DNA of 63,493 nt, filler included, from Choristocarpus tenellus KU-1152 (lineage: Eukaryota > Protista > Phaeophyceae), in NCBI GenBank assembly GCA_964200185.2. It is 12 parts of 12 records of this genome, joined end to end, with 100 filler letters (N's around TTAATTAATTAA, not from the genome) between each part and the next. Parts side by side here need not be neighbours in the genome. Positions count along the whole stretch, not along the records: positions 60,200 to 63,493 come from CAXNAD020020979.1; 11 more parts are not named here. One strand, given 5' to 3'. Made by a program: the position numbers and the translations under genes. The notes below the pieces were generated by a model. The model was given only the letters and a program-made list of their open reading frames with translations. It was not told the origin of the DNA and made no database searches. Shown here piece after piece: positions 60,255 to 63,493 of the stretch (position 1 is its first letter; the number at the start of each line of letters is the position of its first letter).

Positions 60255-61233
60255 CTCCATGGAGTTAACAATGCCAACCCCCTTGACTCCCTCTGTGTAA
60301 TCACTTCCAAGCAGCAAAGCGAGAGCGATGATCTCATCAGTGCCCACACCCAAGTCCTTCACCCGTTGTGTCACCATCCAACCACAAGTGGAAGGACACA
60401 ATGAGAAGCCAATGCAAAGCGAGGTTTGGGAGGGGGGGGGACAGGAAGGTAGTGGAAGGCATTTGAAGGGCCAGAGCATTGCAGATACATCTTGTACCTG
60501 GGCTGATGCAAGTTAATTCAATGTAAGTTATCTTAATGTAATTTAGTGAAGGATTGGACAGAGACTCGAGGTCAGTGGGGGGAATACACCCTGTTACAAG
60601 TGTCTGTACATGCGTCTGAGCCACCAAGGCATTGTACCAAATACTTCCAACTTGGTGGGTACTCCAAATGCCATCTTGCTGACCATGGAGAGGATACATC
60701 GCAGTGATAAGCACCACATCGATGACTATGCCTTTTGCGTATAACACAGTACTTACAATACCTGCAAATATATCTGCACAATGACACTTTGCATTTGGAT
60801 ATTGTCATGGGGAGGGGGAGGGGGAGAATACAGTGAGCATCAGAGCAAGAGAGTCGGTATTGCTTACACTAAAAGGTATTCCATAGACAGGAACAGTTGT
60901 CACTGATTCAATGAAAAACCGAGAACAGACGCCTTCCTATACTCTCTCAGTATCATCATTACAGTTACAGCACGATCATGCCTTAGAAGTAGAGACCCCT
61001 CACACAGAGGAAGAAACAAAAATAAACAACTTGATGATCACAAATACATCAGAAGTACACAGTTTAGTAGTTACACACACCCTCTCTGCATCGGCAAGGA
61101 GGTACGCCTCCACAAACTTCCTCTCATTGAAGATGTTCTTGTACACAGTTCGTCCCCCGAATGCAAAGGTATCACTGTCATCCGATATGGTACCATCCAC
61201 CAACCTCAGCCGTTCCAATTCCCCACACTGAGC
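60255..61233 (-). CDS. ERCC5: XPG/RAD2 structure-specific endonuclease, I-domain and H3TH exons
   Basis: Exons 61233-61081 [51 protein letters not shown] and 60356-60255 [40 protein letters not shown]...KFVE.Y and [15 protein letters not shown] are XPG-subfamily signatures. Confidence 0.92.
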
Positions 61234-62847
61234 CTGATCTCATGTACATGCAAGGCGTGGGTCAGAAGGGCAGGGGAGAGGGGCAGGTACAGATACCTGG
61301 AAATGGGTTAAACGAGCATTCGGAGCTTTCGAAGCAGATCACGGTCGTATAAAAATTATTACTACAATTATTATTATTATTATTAATATTATTATTATTA
61401 GTTTTAATATTATTATCCTTGGTGTTGTTGTGGGAGTGCACTCATCCAATACAAAAAAAGTGGAAGTTGGAAGGTCACACACACAGGCAGTCAGTCAGTC
61501 AGTCACAAAAACACACATGTATGGAATAAAATCTCACTATGTAGTAAGATATGGGTGTGTATAGCATGCCACTAAACATTTCGTGAACTTTTGTTTTATT
61601 TCAAACTACTGGTACGGGGTTGGGCGTACAATGGCAGGTCAATTTGGAGCTGAGGAGTTTCCAAATATTAGGTTGGGATTCTGTTCAAGGCTCAAAATGA
61701 GATGAGGATGGGAGGATTTAAAAATGTAGAGTACACATTCATAATTCATGTATGTATATTGTACTTACTTTTGTGAGTCAGCCGCGAACCAGGGAAGGGC
61801 TGGGAGAACAGATTATATATACAAACGTATAATCCAAGTTGCAATTGCACTTAAGCAAGAACTAACTATTAGTGTGTGTGTGTAATTACTATTTACTATT
61901 TGCATAACATTAGTTGGAAGGATCTCGGACTCGTAGTAAAAAAAAAAGTAGTACAACAATTAAAAATTAAAACTAAAAAATATAGCTCTACAGTCCCCCC
62001 CAATCAAAAACAGAATCCCTATGGACGGACCCCTCTCTCAGAGCTCCGCAACACCTTGCCATCTCCCTCTTCTAGACTTCCTCACTCACTCAATCCAATC
62101 TAGCAGGGCAAAGCGGACTTAACAGTCCACACACACACACACACATAAAAATTATAAATAATAAGACGCTCCATTGAATCACATAACAAACCTAATAGAA
62201 ACACACACACACACACAAATATAATACAAAAAAGAAAAAAAAAGGGAGAATTACGAAAAGGGGGAGGGGGGGGGGGGAGGGGAGGACACACCGCAGCTTC
62301 AAGGGGAGCCACCACGGAAGGAAAACAAAAAACACAAACAAGGGCGAAGAGCGTGGTAACAAGACATCCAACAGAGACGAGGGTGGGGAGGCAAGCGGGT
62401 GTTGGATGGATGGATGGATGGATGGAGAGTAGGGACCAACGTCCTTGAATCGGTACCATCGTAATGGTACCGTAGGAGTCTCGTGGCGGTGTGGATCGAT
62501 CACTCACATATACAATGAGATGGTGAGAGAGAGGAAACGCTATTGCAGCACAGTATTAGAGCCAGTGCAATGGAACGCATATATATATATATATGTATGT
62601 ACATACTAAAAAAAAAATGGGCTCGAGAAAATCTTGAGGACAAATCCGGAGATTTCTTCCAAACCAGGTATAGGTTACTCGGCGATTTGCAGCAGGTATG
62701 ACATGATCGGTATGACATGATCGGTATGACCTTACAAGCTATACCACCAATATACACAGGTACAACGATGGCGGTATATACTGTCACTGAGTACATACCA
62801 TCACTGGGCTTCTTTCACAGTTAGTCATACCCTTCTGGTGGTGGACA

Positions 62848-62874
62848 TTAGGGTTAGGGTTAGGGTTAGGGTTA
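62848..62874 (+). repeat. Interstitial telomere-like (TTAGGG)4
   Basis: ttagggttagggttagggttagggtta. Shorter 2-unit runs at ~16856, ~18731 and ~28729. Confidence 0.8.
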
Positions 62875-63493
62875 TATCCCTGGTACAGATGCACTAACAA
62901 ACAACTATTCTTGGAGGGAGTTTTCAATCAATGGTGAAGGTACAAACATCAACGACACAAACCCGAGAATAGAGTCATGAACTTCAACTTCAACTTCTCT
63001 TTCCTCTCTTGTAAGAACACCATCAATCTGGAGCCTGGGCAATCCATGCATCAATAGCCAATTCACGAGGAAGGATCGTCACAAACGCCACCTCCAGTAA
63101 CACTCTAGCAAACCCTACCTCAAGGGGGTATACAGTAGGAATAGCAGGAACGATCTAATCAAATAGTCTATGAAATAGAGCCAGTACAATTACTTCTGAC
63201 GGTTACAAAAATAGGCCACCTTATGCGGTCGCGCTAGTCAGAGACGCCTTAACAAGCACAGCAACACCATGCTGCTGCAGGGTGCAAGGACTCTGCTTTG
63301 GTCTCCTCAACCACCATCCCAAAACGTTTCTCTGCTTCAATGCTGTAGGTTGTGTGCTTCAAAGGGGGGGTTCAAAATCCAATAACTTGAGCCGGAAACA
63401 TGCAAGCTCGTGGGGCGGAGGGGGGGGGTAGAACCAAGATCCAGAATCCTTGAAAATACAATCTTGAAAAATGTACATAAAAGATATTCGCTC

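Noticed and set aside
62848-62874. True chromosome end
   Set aside because: Only four units, with unique sequence on both sides.

Overview
Eukaryotic, intron-rich nuclear DNA, not a prokaryotic locus. The window is 12 unrelated contigs joined by artificial 100-bp spacers (44N-TTAATTAATTAA-44N), so adjacency across spacers is meaningless. Gene content points to a brown alga (Phaeophyceae) or close stramenopile relative: a Pmp-like GGAx/FxxN repeat protein, KATNIP, and TTAGGG repeats. Splicing by hand gives two complete genes, an 11-exon PA2G4/EBP1 and a 3-exon bZIP factor with C-terminal hydrophobic segments. Partial genes: paraoxonase/arylesterase-like propeller, UPRT-like protein with a long N-terminal extension, DAPA aminotransferase (BIO1/BIO3-BIO1 type), the TPP domain of a trehalose-6-P synthase/phosphatase, a Pmp-like beta-helix protein, KATNIP and XPG/RAD2. 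There is also an intron-containing, inactivated Sola-like DDD transposase and a high-copy MITE family (GAG...CTC ends, 4-bp TSD in one copy) in which 6 contigs terminate. Best leads: (1) one-repeat-per-exon, phase-1 modular Pmp-like gene; (2) membrane-tethered bZIP with a candidate S1P-type site; (3) possible Sola transposase/MITE partnership; (4) frequent AAG acceptors and GC donors. All protein identities come from recalled family motifs, not database searches.
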